From an uncultured archaeon (GTDB taxonomy: Archaea > Asgardarchaeota > Thorarchaeia > Thorarchaeales > Thorarchaeaceae), in assembly GCA_964590575.1 (NCBI GenBank), contig CAZPWM010000049.1:1-21914 (forward strand): 21,914 nt of DNA, written 5' to 3'. Positions within the stretch are counted from its first letter, which is position 1. Every line of letters begins with the position of its first letter. Position numbers and translations under genes: made by a program. A model generated the notes under the pieces. The model made no database searches. It was not told the DNA's origin and saw only the letters and a list, made by a program, of their open reading frames with translations. Positions 1-8,380 of this stretch are shown one piece after another.

Positions 1-36
1 AATGCTAAACTTAGCAAGAGCATCGTCTGTCATCAT
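1..36 (-). CDS. 5' fragment of a gene running off the window (MMTDDALAKFSI...)
   Basis: ATG at 36 or 33 overlaps the TGA of the 33..329 ORF (ATGATG coupling); frame is open to position 1. Confidence 0.4.
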   Translation of the reverse strand, partial: MMTDDALAKFSI

Positions 37-329
37 CGGGATGGGATCCCTCCTGAAGACCTGGCCTCCTTCTCCTGTTTTACTGTTGGAGCATCACTTC
101 CAACCACAGAGAGCTTTTCCACAGTACTTACCACGGCGGGGTCATCATCACTCTCGTTAGTCATATCACTGAAACTAACAAGGTCCGTATGGACAAAGTG
201 AACAGCCGCGGACTCTCGGGAACTTGATGATAGTTCCAGAATCGAGAGTAAGGACTTCCCTTGAGAAGGCTTCTTCTTACGGGATTTCAGTTGCGCACGT
301 CGGGCTTTGTCCAAGATCCTAGTCCACAT
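33..329 (-). CDS. hypothetical protein, low complexity (basic N-terminus, Ser/Asp-rich)
   Basis: 98-aa ORF with GAGG upstream; its stop overlaps the next start; no recognisable motif. Confidence 0.45.
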   Translation of the reverse strand: MWTRILDKARRAQLKSRKKKPSQGKSLLSILELSSSSRESAAVHFVHTDLVSFSDMTNESDDDPAVVSTVEKLSVVGSDAPTVKQEKEARSSGGIPSR

Positions 330-457
330 ACCTAGTCCTCTCTTAATACTCTATTTTTTGCTAAGTATATGAACTCGTACAGTAGTACTGACTCAAAGAT
401 ATATCCTATTCACCTGCACATTTTTCGCGTGACAGGTAATGACAGAGTTGATTTTTC

Positions 458-880
458 TCAGGTTTTTGTCTTCGGTTCTTTCTTCTCCGTTTCTTTCAAG
501 TCATCCACAATTTGAACACGTCTAGCATGAAGTGCCGCTTTGCTCGCCCGAAAATTGGCTGCATGTATGATGTCATCTATGGTTTTGTGCCATTCTGCAG
601 GAGAGAGAGCGCTATGTATTTCTTTGAAAGAGTCGCTCAAGCGTTCTACTCTAGCGAGGCATTCAACTCTATCTTCAGACAATCGTTTTTCGTCAAAGTA
701 TAGCAAGGCATGACCTTTGAGGGCTTCCCAATCAATATCGCCATTTGCTTGAAGTAATAACTTCACTTTGTCAAGAGGCTCTTTCCAAGAGCTTGGTATG
801 AACATTGTCAGATATTCTGTAAGTGCTTTCCTGGCTTTTTCTCGCACTTCTTGCTTTGTACCAATCTGATGGGTCATCAT
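458..880 (-). CDS. hypothetical helical protein
   Basis: 140-aa ORF with protein-like amphipathic composition, co-oriented with the S2P gene. Confidence 0.8.
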   Translation of the reverse strand: MMTHQIGTKQEVREKARKALTEYLTMFIPSSWKEPLDKVKLLLQANGDIDWEALKGHALLYFDEKRLSEDRVECLARVERLSDSFKEIHSALSPAEWHKTIDDIIHAANFRASKAALHARRVQIVDDLKETEKKEPKTKT

Positions 881-944
881 CTTTCATCGAACTATCATGC
901 AAGTTCATGCCTTTTTAGGTCCCACAGAACCGAAAAAGTGCTTT

Positions 945-2111
945 TCAGAACAGTCCTTTACCCATGATGAAACTCAGAACAATACTCAACAAGACAATTC
1001 CAAGCGCAGCGATTCGTACTGGCCACATGATGTACTTGATCTTCTTCTCGTCTTTTATGACCAAACTAAGACCATTAGAAAGTAATTTGTCGCCATCGAA
1101 CACTGGGATTGGTAGGAGGTTGAAGAGTGCTATCGATATCAGAATCAAGTAACACCAGAAGATTATCTGTTGAAGGTGGAACACAAACATGGGTGATAGA
1201 ATAATATCCCAACCTGGTCTAGGTTCCCAGTAGTCAGATCCGTATATTCCCATGTACCCTTTACTTGCATTTTGTTCGTTTGGCGCCAGTAATATAGTAA
1301 CTTGACCATCAAGAGTATGTATAGTCAATTGAGCGCTTGCTGGAGCATCAACCATGAAATTACTGACTGCGGTCCAGTTTGCAATCTCTGTATCATTCAG
1401 CCCAATGATAACATCACCGATATCAAGAGCCGCGGCAGCTGGGCTTCCAGCCTGTAAATCGTAGATATATGCCCCACTCGGTGGGTAGTATCCAATTGAC
1501 ATCAATGGATAGAAGTTTGCAAGAATTATCAGGAATACAAAAGCCCATGCAAAATTGGCGAACGAACCAGCAGCTAGCATGCGCATTCGTGATTGAGGTG
1601 TGGCTTCTTTCTCGAACTGCTCTTCATCGGGTTCAACAAAGCCACCAAACAGTACCAAGAAAGCGAGCAGTCCTGAACTTTTGATTGTTATATCATCCTT
1701 TGAGGCTGCTAGACCGTGGGCAAATTCATGTGTAAGTAGAGTGACAGCAAGACCAATCAACATGTAAACCAAAGGAAGACCGGTGATAGTCACACCAGGT
1801 ATTATAGGTACAACGCCCCCTGCAGCTTCAGGTTGTACAAAGAACTTGATTAGGTTGTCACCAAATATCAAGAAACTGAATATCATACCGCCAAAACCTA
1901 CGACAATACCGACATTGAAGAAGACACGAGGGAATTTCTTGCCCATCCTAGTAAGAAAAGCATTCAGCCGTTCTGTACGATACATGATGAAGAATGGAAA
2001 ACCCGCATCAATACCCTTCTCGCTAAGTTTCTCAACACCTATCCATTGGGCTGCGATGTATATCGCAAGCCAAATGATACATATGATTACAAATATGGTC
2101 AGCGGATCCAT
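945..2111 (-). CDS. site-2 protease (M50 intramembrane zinc metalloprotease) with PDZ-like domain
   Basis: HEFAH zinc motif, AAGSFAN, C-terminal NLLPIPVFDG, several TM segments, PDZ-like GSPAAAALDIGDVIIGLND. Confidence 0.93.
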   Translation of the reverse strand: MDPLTIFVIICIIWLAIYIAAQWIGVEKLSEKGIDAGFPFFIMYRTERLNAFLTRMGKKFPRVFFNVGIVVGFGGMIFSFLIFGDNLIKFFVQPEAAGGVVPIIPGVTITGLPLVYMLIGLAVTLLTHEFAHGLAASKDDITIKSSGLLAFLVLFGGFVEPDEEQFEKEATPQSRMRMLAAGSFANFAWAFVFLIILANFYPLMSIGYYPPSGAYIYDLQAGSPAAAALDIGDVIIGLNDTEIANWTAVSNFMVDAPASAQLTIHTLDGQVTILLAPNEQNASKGYMGIYGSDYWEPRPGWDIILSPMFVFHLQQIIFWCYLILISIALFNLLPIPVFDGDKLLSNGLSLVIKDEKKIKYIMWPVRIAALGIVLLSIVLSFIMGKGLF

Positions 2112-2310
2112 TGGTAGTCAGTCCTCAACGTGAGTGCGGGCAATAATGGATACGTGTTATAATGCTTATGTACGCGGTACAAGTTCTTGGAGTGTCGTTT
2201 AGATATTTCAAGAGGAGGTCCAACCACAATCCTCATAAAGTGAGTCAATTTGGCTACCGCTGGTGTCCTTAAGGACCCATTACCACTAATCTAGGTAGGC
2301 GAAGCGATAA

Positions 2311-2694
2311 TTGCCGTTCAAACTTGTGATTTCAGATCCGGAAACTGGGAAAGCCATCCAGTATGAATTAGATGACGCCAAAACAAATGCCCTTGTTGGG
2401 AGGACTGTCGGAGAGCTTGTAGAGGGTGATGTCTTGGGACTGCCGGGCTACAAACTGAAGATCACAGGTGGAAGCGATTCATCTGGGTTCCCAATTCGAC
2501 CCGACGTTCATGGTAGTGGTAAGAAACGTGTTCTAATTCATGGTACCCCTGGGTTCAAACCAGATCGAAAGGGAATTGCCAAAAGAAAGACAGTCCGAGG
2601 GAGAGAGCTGAGCTCTGACATATCCCAGGTAAATATGAGGATTGAAGAGAAAGGTGGTACACCTCTCGAAGAACTCGTATTGAAGCCCGCATAG
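2311..2694 (+). CDS. rps6e: 30S ribosomal protein eS6
   Basis: FKLVISDP, LPGYKLKITGGSDSSGFP, RKTVRG; TTG start; canonical position before eIF2 gamma. Confidence 0.97.
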   Translation: MPFKLVISDPETGKAIQYELDDAKTNALVGRTVGELVEGDVLGLPGYKLKITGGSDSSGFPIRPDVHGSGKKRVLIHGTPGFKPDRKGIAKRKTVRGRELSSDISQVNMRIEEKGGTPLEELVLKPA

Positions 2695-2807
2695 TGATTA
2701 TCCTCAGTCATTCATGATTTATTCTATAGTTCGAACCATATACTTCATATGGGCAACGGGAAGACAGAGACTAACGCCCATAATGAATAGTCGGAAGTGA
2801 AGATTAG

Positions 2808-4049
2808 GTGACTAGGAAATACGAGGGACAATCAGAGATTAGCATTGGTACATTGGGCCATGTCGATCATGGAAAGACAACACTTGTTTCATATCTAACA
2901 GGAGAATGGACAGATCGTCACTCAGATGAAATCAGACGTGGCATTTCAATTAGGCTCGGGTATGCAGCAACCACTCTGATGAAGTGTAAGAGTTGTCCTG
3001 AACCTGAAGCATTCACTACTTCACATCTGGCAAAAGAGGGTAAGTGCAAGAAATGTGGGGGAGAGCTTGAAGTCTTGAGAGAAATCTCATTCGTTGATAG
3101 TCCTGGTCACGAATCACTCATGGCAACCTGTCTTAGTGGAGCTAGTCTTATGGATGGGGCTATTCTTGTGATTGCAGCTAACGAACCGTGTCCAATGCCT
3201 CAGACTTCTGAACACCTTCATGCCCTCGAGATTGTCGGAGTAAAGAACATCATAATAATTCAGAACAAGATAGAGCTCGTAACCAAAGAACAGGCGAGCA
3301 AGCATTATCAGCAGATAAAGGGTTTTGTAAAAGGGACAACTGCAGAAAACGCCCCAATAATACCAGTTTCGGCCATTTTTGGAGCTAATACTGACCTACT
3401 CATTCAATTTATTGAGGAGATTATTCCAACACCAAATCGTAATGGTGAAGCTGTGCCCAAGATGTTTGTTGCGCGTTCCTTTGACATAAATAGACCTGGA
3501 ACATTACCAATGCAGATGCATGGCGGTGTAGTTGGCGGGTCGATTGTACAGGGAAAACTGAGTATAGGTGACGAGATTGAGATAGCTCCGGGTGCCAAAG
3601 GGGAGAAAGGATTCACACCAATCAAAGCTAAAGTTGTGAGTCTTCTGTCTGGTAGCGGAAATTCGCTTCAAGAGGCATATCCTGGAGGGTTGATTGGTGT
3701 AGGCACGGGATTGGACCCAGCCTCAACTCGTGCTGACCGATTAGTTGGGAATGTAGTTGGGAGAGTCGGAAAGATGCCCAAAATCTTCGAGAAACTCATG
3801 ATAACACCTATCCTCATGCAAAGAGTTGTCGGAATGGAATCTAAGAAAGAAGTGGAGAATCTCAGATTAAACGAATCGATGATGTTGGTTGTTGGAACCG
3901 CACCCACTGTGGGTGTAATCACTCGGTTGCATGGAGATGAAATCGAACTAACGCTTAAACGTCCAGTAGTTGCTGAAAAGGGCCAGAGAATTGCGATTGG
4001 GCGCAGAGTTGAAAACAAGTGGCGATTGATTGGATATGCTGAGATTTAA
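2808..4049 (+). CDS. eif2g: translation initiation factor aIF2/eIF2 gamma subunit
   Basis: GHVDHGKTT, RGISIRLGY, zinc knuckle, DSPGHE, QNKIE, RSFDINRPG, WRLIGY; GTG start. Confidence 0.98.
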   Translation: MTRKYEGQSEISIGTLGHVDHGKTTLVSYLTGEWTDRHSDEIRRGISIRLGYAATTLMKCKSCPEPEAFTTSHLAKEGKCKKCGGELEVLREISFVDSPGHESLMATCLSGASLMDGAILVIAANEPCPMPQTSEHLHALEIVGVKNIIIIQNKIELVTKEQASKHYQQIKGFVKGTTAENAPIIPVSAIFGANTDLLIQFIEEIIPTPNRNGEAVPKMFVARSFDINRPGTLPMQMHGGVVGGSIVQGKLSIGDEIEIAPGAKGEKGFTPIKAKVVSLLSGSGNSLQEAYPGGLIGVGTGLDPASTRADRLVGNVVGRVGKMPKIFEKLMITPILMQRVVGMESKKEVENLRLNESMMLVVGTAPTVGVITRLHGDEIELTLKRPVVAEKGQRIAIGRRVENKWRLIGYAEI

Positions 4050-4081
4050 AGCACAATCCGTCTATAAACCAGCACCTCATC

Positions 4082-4498
4082 TTGGTGAGAACTTTGCCAC
4101 TTTATGTAATAATTGATACGAACTTCCTGACTATACCAGCACAATTTGGAATCGATGTGTTTTCTGAAGCAGAGAGAGTGCTTGAAAGGAGGGTTGAATT
4201 CATCCTTTTGGAATCTGTAGTTAACGAGATAAAGACGAAACTTGAAAGGTCTGGTAAAACTGAGAGCCGAATGTTCAAAGTTGCATTAGATTTGATTGAA
4301 AGATGCAGAGTTGTGGAGATAGACCAATCAATGAGGGGTTTTTTAGTTGATGATCAACTTCTGGAGTACACGATATCGGTAAACGGTGTGCTTGCCACTA
4401 ATGATAAGGAACTTAGACAACGAGCAGCAAAACGAGGGGTACCTGTTCTTTTACTTCGAGGTCGGAAACATCTAGAACTCAAAGGGTCGATTTTTTGA
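4082..4498 (+). CDS. PIN-domain ribonuclease (Utp24/Fcf1-like)
   Basis: IIDTNFL, VDDQLL, LATNDKELR motifs; conserved position after eIF2 gamma. Confidence 0.92.
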   Translation: MVRTLPLYVIIDTNFLTIPAQFGIDVFSEAERVLERRVEFILLESVVNEIKTKLERSGKTESRMFKVALDLIERCRVVEIDQSMRGFLVDDQLLEYTISVNGVLATNDKELRQRAAKRGVPVLLLRGRKHLELKGSIF

Positions 4499-4521
4499 GG
4501 ACGGGTCACAACGTTTTTATG

Positions 4522-4530
4522 TTTTATAAA
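4522..4530 (+). promoter_or_regulatory. probable archaeal TATA box for rpo7-spt4
   Basis: TTTTATAAA in the 130-bp gap upstream of rpo7. Confidence 0.5.
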
Positions 4531-4628
4531 GCGAAGCTGCGCTGAGCCGTCGGGTTCAGACCTCGTGTTAGTTCTCGAGTCTGATTGTTCTGATTAGAAA
4601 CTTCCTGCTAGGCAAGGAGCGTCAATAG

Positions 4629-5219
4629 TTGTATAGCATAGTGACAGTAAAAGACGTGGTACGTATTCCGCCATCGCAATTTGGTTCTCCCATGGAAGAA
4701 GCAGCCATGCTTCATCTTCGTAAACAGCACGAGAATGTTCTCGATCGAGATGTCGGTCTGATGATTGCAGTCATCGGGATAGATGCAATTGGTCAAGGTC
4801 GTCTCATGCCAGGAGACGGTGCAACCTACCATTCCGTGACCTATCGTGTGCTTGTATTCAAACCTCTTCGGCATGAATTGGTGGAGGGTAACGTAGTGGA
4901 GCTTATGGACTTTGGTGCATTCATCCGAATGGGACCACTCGATGGGCTTTGTCATGTCAGTCAAATCTGTGATGATTTCATCACACAGGACTCAAAGGGT
5001 AATGCCCTCCTGGGTAAGGAAACTGGCAGGACTCTCGCAGAAGGAGACATGGTAAGAGCCAGAGTCACTTCGATAAGTTTTGAATCAGGTAATAAATCTG
5101 GAAAACTTGGTCTCACAATGAGACAGCCATTTCTTGGAAAAATAGGTCCTGACCGATCTTGGGTAGAGGATGATGTAAAGGCTGCTCGTGGTGAAACTAA
5201 GAAAGAGAAGAAAAAATAG
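4629..5219 (+). CDS. rpo7: DNA-directed RNA polymerase subunit Rpo7 (E')
   Basis: DVVRIPP, PGDGATYH, S1 domain FGAFIRMGPLDGLCHVSQI, LTMRQPFLGK; TTG start with AGGAG upstream. Confidence 0.97.
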   Translation: MYSIVTVKDVVRIPPSQFGSPMEEAAMLHLRKQHENVLDRDVGLMIAVIGIDAIGQGRLMPGDGATYHSVTYRVLVFKPLRHELVEGNVVELMDFGAFIRMGPLDGLCHVSQICDDFITQDSKGNALLGKETGRTLAEGDMVRARVTSISFESGNKSGKLGLTMRQPFLGKIGPDRSWVEDDVKAARGETKKEKKK

Positions 5220-5244
5220 CTAGGAGGGGACAACAATAGTCAAA

Positions 5245-5448
5245 ATGAAAGCATGCAAAGCGTGTCATTTCCTCACAGCTGAGAGTATGTGCCCCAACTG
5301 TAAAGGAACTAACCTCTCTACCTCATATACTGGAATTGTGGTTATTTTACCTGGACGAAAGAAACGTGAAGACCCTAGACTGAGTTCTTATGTTGCCTCC
5401 AGACTCAACATTGACAAACCAGGTAAGTACGCACTGAAGGTGCGATAG
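5245..5448 (+). CDS. spt4: transcription elongation factor Spt4 (RpoE'')
   Basis: ACKACH...CPNC zinc ribbon, C-terminal PGKYALKVR, directly after rpo7. Confidence 0.95.
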   Translation: MKACKACHFLTAESMCPNCKGTNLSTSYTGIVVILPGRKKREDPRLSSYVASRLNIDKPGKYALKVR

Positions 5449-5481
5449 TATTCATGTCATTGGAGCTTTATTAGACACCGG

Positions 5482-6855
5482 TCATTGTGAAGTGGACATT
5501 GTCCTTCCAGGAACGGTACTGGAATCTTGAACATGAATTATGTTCCTTGCCGCATTGATGTCAGCATGGAAGTGCTCTTCACACTTCCCACAGTAAAAGT
5601 ACTCCCCACCCTTTCTCTCGGTAGTGGAGGTTTCATCCTCTACTCTCTTCCCTCTCGCTCCACATACATGACATGTCTGAGAGGTGTATCTCGGGTTCAC
5701 TGTCCAAACACTATACTTGCTGTGCCCAAGTGACTCACGCATATAGCGTACTGTGTCGATTATTTTCCCCCACAGGTTTGAAGTTAAGTTGTAGGACAAG
5801 TCCTTTGATCCAGCATGTCCTTGAAAGCTTCTAAGGTCCTCGAAGAACAATTTCTTCACTCTGTGTTCTTCACAAAACCAGACAGTTTTAGCTGCTACCT
5901 GTCGGGCAATCTCACGGTCAAGACGACGAATTTTTCTCCACAGCGCTTCAATGTGTCTATCACGTTTCAAGATAGGCGCTGGATATGACTGTCCTGATCG
6001 TTTCCTGTCCCAGTTGCTCTTCTTTCTTGTCAACTCTGAGGTGAGGGAATATGCATGTTTTCTGAGACTCTCACGTTTTTCAACAAGAAGGCCAACTGTT
6101 ATGAGGAGGTCCTCAAAAGACTGTTCCTTCTCCACTGACAGAGCCACCGGAGCTCTGAGACCCCTATCAGCCCCAGCCTTGGTTGTGTACTCCCTATTTC
6201 CAAACACCGTTGAACTCACTGGACCATTAGGAGAGAGAAAGGGAATCTGGAGGGTAACTCTATGTCCTCTCAAAAGAAGTCTCGGTGGTGCACTCCTCCG
6301 TGATGCCTTCAAGTCTTTGACCCTTTTTTGAAGTTCAATAATCTCCTCAGTGTCTGTGTCCTTTCGCAGTTTTAGTCTAGATAGCCTGTGGGCTGTATGT
6401 TGAAACTGGATTGTGTTCATGAACTGCTGATGCATGTCCTCAAACTTTGCAGCCCGAAAGGTCAGGCTCTCAGTCCGAAGTGTATTACCTTCGGCGCTGG
6501 CAAGCTCCGCCTTCTTTCTATCGCTAAGAGCTGCACGTAGTAGCCAGTCAAGAAACCGAAAGGTGAGGGTTATTGATTTGTAGGGAGAGTCATCATGTGG
6601 TCTTCCATCAATACCGGGCGGGAGTTTGAGATGCAGCAGGACCTCGTTCTCTCGTTCATCATCGAGAGTGAACCAGTACCCCTGTCCAGTGGAGTTCTCG
6701 GTACTTGCAGAGAAGTCAAGACTGTAGCTTCTGAGTTGAGGGACTGTGAAGGGATAGCCCATCTTCACCCACTCCCTTAGTTGAACCTCCACCATGTTTG
6801 AAATACTAAGAAGGTCTTTAGTCTTTACATCACCTGACGGGGAACGGATTGACAT
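5482..6855 (-). CDS. tnpB: TnpB/Cas12f-like RNA-guided endonuclease, possibly N-terminally truncated
   Basis: RuvC-I AGADRGL, RuvC-II LFFEDL, VNPRYTSQTCHVCG...YFYCGKC zinc ribbon, RuvC-III HADINAARNI. An in-frame TGA sits immediately upstream of the ATG; alternative start at 6795. Confidence 0.88.
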   Translation of the reverse strand: MSIRSPSGDVKTKDLLSISNMVEVQLREWVKMGYPFTVPQLRSYSLDFSASTENSTGQGYWFTLDDERENEVLLHLKLPPGIDGRPHDDSPYKSITLTFRFLDWLLRAALSDRKKAELASAEGNTLRTESLTFRAAKFEDMHQQFMNTIQFQHTAHRLSRLKLRKDTDTEEIIELQKRVKDLKASRRSAPPRLLLRGHRVTLQIPFLSPNGPVSSTVFGNREYTTKAGADRGLRAPVALSVEKEQSFEDLLITVGLLVEKRESLRKHAYSLTSELTRKKSNWDRKRSGQSYPAPILKRDRHIEALWRKIRRLDREIARQVAAKTVWFCEEHRVKKLFFEDLRSFQGHAGSKDLSYNLTSNLWGKIIDTVRYMRESLGHSKYSVWTVNPRYTSQTCHVCGARGKRVEDETSTTERKGGEYFYCGKCEEHFHADINAARNIIHVQDSSTVPGRTMSTSQ

Positions 6856-7051
6856 TCAGGTGACTCAAGGAATCCATTTCTACATGAATTGGGTGGAGTT
6901 CTCAGGTGGGGTCGATCGTGATATTGTGAGTGATGATGTGAGTACCATTCTTGCAGAGTATGGTATCGAAGAGGAGGTCAGAGATGAGGTGACAGAATAT
7001 ATCTTGACAGAACTTGAAAAGGAGGGGATTGTTTTCAAGGGGGAAGGTTGA
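6794..7051 (+). CDS. small acidic hypothetical protein or gene remnant (possible start ATG 6884)
   Basis: C-terminal 55-65 aa are protein-like (DVSTILAEYGIEEEVRDEVTEYILTELEKEG). All three minus frames over this stretch contain stops, and the TnpB frame reads as a Ser-rich antisense shadow. Confidence 0.5.
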   Translation: MFEILRRSLVFTSPDGERIDIQVTQGIHFYMNWVEFSGGVDRDIVSDDVSTILAEYGIEEEVRDEVTEYILTELEKEGIVFKGEG

Positions 7052-7086
7052 GTCCTTCATCCTTTTTTCAAGCCCACACCCAGCAT

Positions 7087-7112
7087 TTGATAGTCTTGAT
7101 GCAGACTATCAA
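7087..7112. repeat. perfect 10-bp inverted repeat
   Basis: TTGATAGTCT-tgatgc-AGACTATCAA. Confidence 0.8.
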
Positions 7113-7245
7113 TCGAAGCGCAGTCTGTGGTTTGTAGATTATAATCTTGACTTAGACATATGTTTATTAAGTGTACAATTTTTCCAAGCCTATCTAAACA
7201 GCTGACCCACCCCTGATGTGGTCTGACTTTCGGTAAGTGATGCCA

Positions 7246-7548
7246 ATGAAAATCGAAATCCTAAGTGAACGAGAGAACAAACCTCTGGCAAGAAAGGAAG
7301 TTGATTTCAGGGTCGATCATGCTGGAGTAAGCACTCCAAGTCGAGCAGATATCCGTGCAAAGATTGTTGCGCAATTTGATGCAGATTCATCAGCAGTTAT
7401 AATCAAGAAGCTCGACACCAAGTTTGGTGCGGGCATAACTGATGGAACAGCCAGAATCTATTCAAACTCAGATCAGATGAATCGAATTGAACTCAATCAT
7501 ATTGTCAAGAGACACGAGTCGAAGAAACAAAAAGAGGATGAGTCCTAG
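7246..7548 (+). CDS. rps24e: 30S ribosomal protein eS24
   Basis: MKIEILSERENKPLARKEVDF, TPSRADIR, TKFGAG, ARIY; alternative starts at 7237 and 7240. Confidence 0.95.
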   Translation: MKIEILSERENKPLARKEVDFRVDHAGVSTPSRADIRAKIVAQFDADSSAVIIKKLDTKFGAGITDGTARIYSNSDQMNRIELNHIVKRHESKKQKEDES

Positions 7549-7713
7549 ATGCCAAAGGCACACGAAATGTACAAGGTTGACAAGTCAGGTAAAATCACTT
7601 ATTCCAAGAGATCTTGTCCACGTTGCGAGAAAGGCACGTTCATGGCCGAGCACTTTGACCGTTTTGCTTGCGGTCGTTGTGGATATACTGAGTTCAAACG
7701 AAAAGGTAACTAG
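7549..7713 (+). CDS. rps27ae: 30S ribosomal protein eS31 (S27ae), 54 aa, not in the ORF track
   Basis: Manual translation: [58 protein letters not shown]...MAEH.DR..CGRCGYT zinc finger; abuts the rps24e stop. Confidence 0.96.
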   Translation: MPKAHEMYKVDKSGKITYSKRSCPRCEKGTFMAEHFDRFACGRCGYTEFKRKGN

Positions 7714-7716
7714 GTT

Positions 7717-7974
7717 TTACTCACCCACTATTGCCATCACCCATCTCACGAAGATGAGGACCCCAATCACCATTGTGAGTACTATATCAACAATGAATGC
7801 GCCCGGAATTTGAATCTCTATCAATGCTGCTAGAATCAATGCTATTGGGAAGGTCACAATGAAGGGTAATGTGGCCACTGTCAATGATATCTCCTCACTC
7901 GAAACCATGGTATTGACAAGGAGGAGGAGCCAGATAGCATAGATTCCCACAAGGAGGGCAACTTCCAGTATCAT
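7717..7974 (-). CDS. small membrane protein (about 3 TM)
   Basis: 85-aa hydrophobic ORF with GGAG upstream. Confidence 0.75.
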   Translation of the reverse strand: MILEVALLVGIYAIWLLLLVNTMVSSEEISLTVATLPFIVTFPIALILAALIEIQIPGAFIVDIVLTMVIGVLIFVRWVMAIVGE

Positions 7975-8088
7975 TATATTCTTGCTCCGGTTAGGGGTTA
8001 ACGTAGGCCACAGAACAATGTGTGTATCACCTACTTGTATTAGTCTTCTCCATTTTATCTCCTATTAATTTCAGAAAACAACAAACTT

Positions 8089-8128
8089 AAATGTAAAGTT
8101 TACTTTACGTATAATGAACTTTACATTT
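8089..8128. promoter_or_regulatory. tandem palindromic operator upstream of the XRE regulator
   Basis: GTAAAG-ttta-CTTTAC (8093-8108) and GTATAA-tgaa-CTTTAC (8109-8124); outer perfect 12-bp IR AAATGTAAAGTT/AACTTTACATTT. Confidence 0.8.
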
Positions 8129-8143
8129 GATTGGGTGAGCAGC

Positions 8144-8380
8144 ATGATTATGAACAAACTGCGAGAACTCCGTGAAGTCAAAATGAAGAGTTCAGATACA
8201 CCTGAACTTTGGACTCAGGAGGGGCTCGCCATACGCCTTGGAGTGACTAGGCAGACCATCATTTCAATGGAGAAAGGTTCCTACAACCCGTCTCTCACAC
8301 TCGCGTTTAAGCTTGCACACCTTTTCGAGGTAAAGATTGAGGACATCTTCGAATTTAGAGGTGACAAGAATGAATCGTAG
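8144..8380 (+). CDS. XRE/Cro-C1 helix-turn-helix transcriptional regulator
   Basis: TQEGLAIRLGVTRQTIISMEKGSYNPSLTLAFKLAHLF; GGGTGA upstream of ATG 8144. Confidence 0.92.
   Translation: MIMNKLRELREVKMKSSDTPELWTQEGLAIRLGVTRQTIISMEKGSYNPSLTLAFKLAHLFEVKIEDIFEFRGDKNES

Larger units (their letters stand above)
5487..7112 (-). mobile_element. putative non-autonomous IS200/IS605- or IS607-type element or remnant (boundaries tentative)
   Basis: TnpB-like gene antisense inside a conserved operon; hairpins plus TTCAC at the 3' end (5487-5524); hairpin at 7087-7112; no tnpA seen. Confidence 0.4.

Noticed and set aside
6856-7060. Frameshifted or read-through N-terminus of the TnpB-like gene
   Set aside because: All three minus frames contain stops and read as an antisense shadow of the plus-strand ORF.
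5471-7158. TTAGACA at 5471-5477 and 7152-7158 as a target-site duplication
   Set aside because: A 7-mer in AT-rich DNA can occur by chance, and TnpB-carrying IS families generally make no TSD.
5449-7236. CRISPR array associated with the Cas12f-like gene
   Set aside because: No regularly spaced direct repeats were seen here or elsewhere in the window.
7549-7713. Eukaryote-like ubiquitin-eS31 fusion
   Set aside because: The gene starts immediately after the rps24e stop; there is no ubiquitin moiety.
7487-7813. 108-aa ORF in the track
   Set aside because: Wrong frame; the real gene here is rps27ae (7549-7713).
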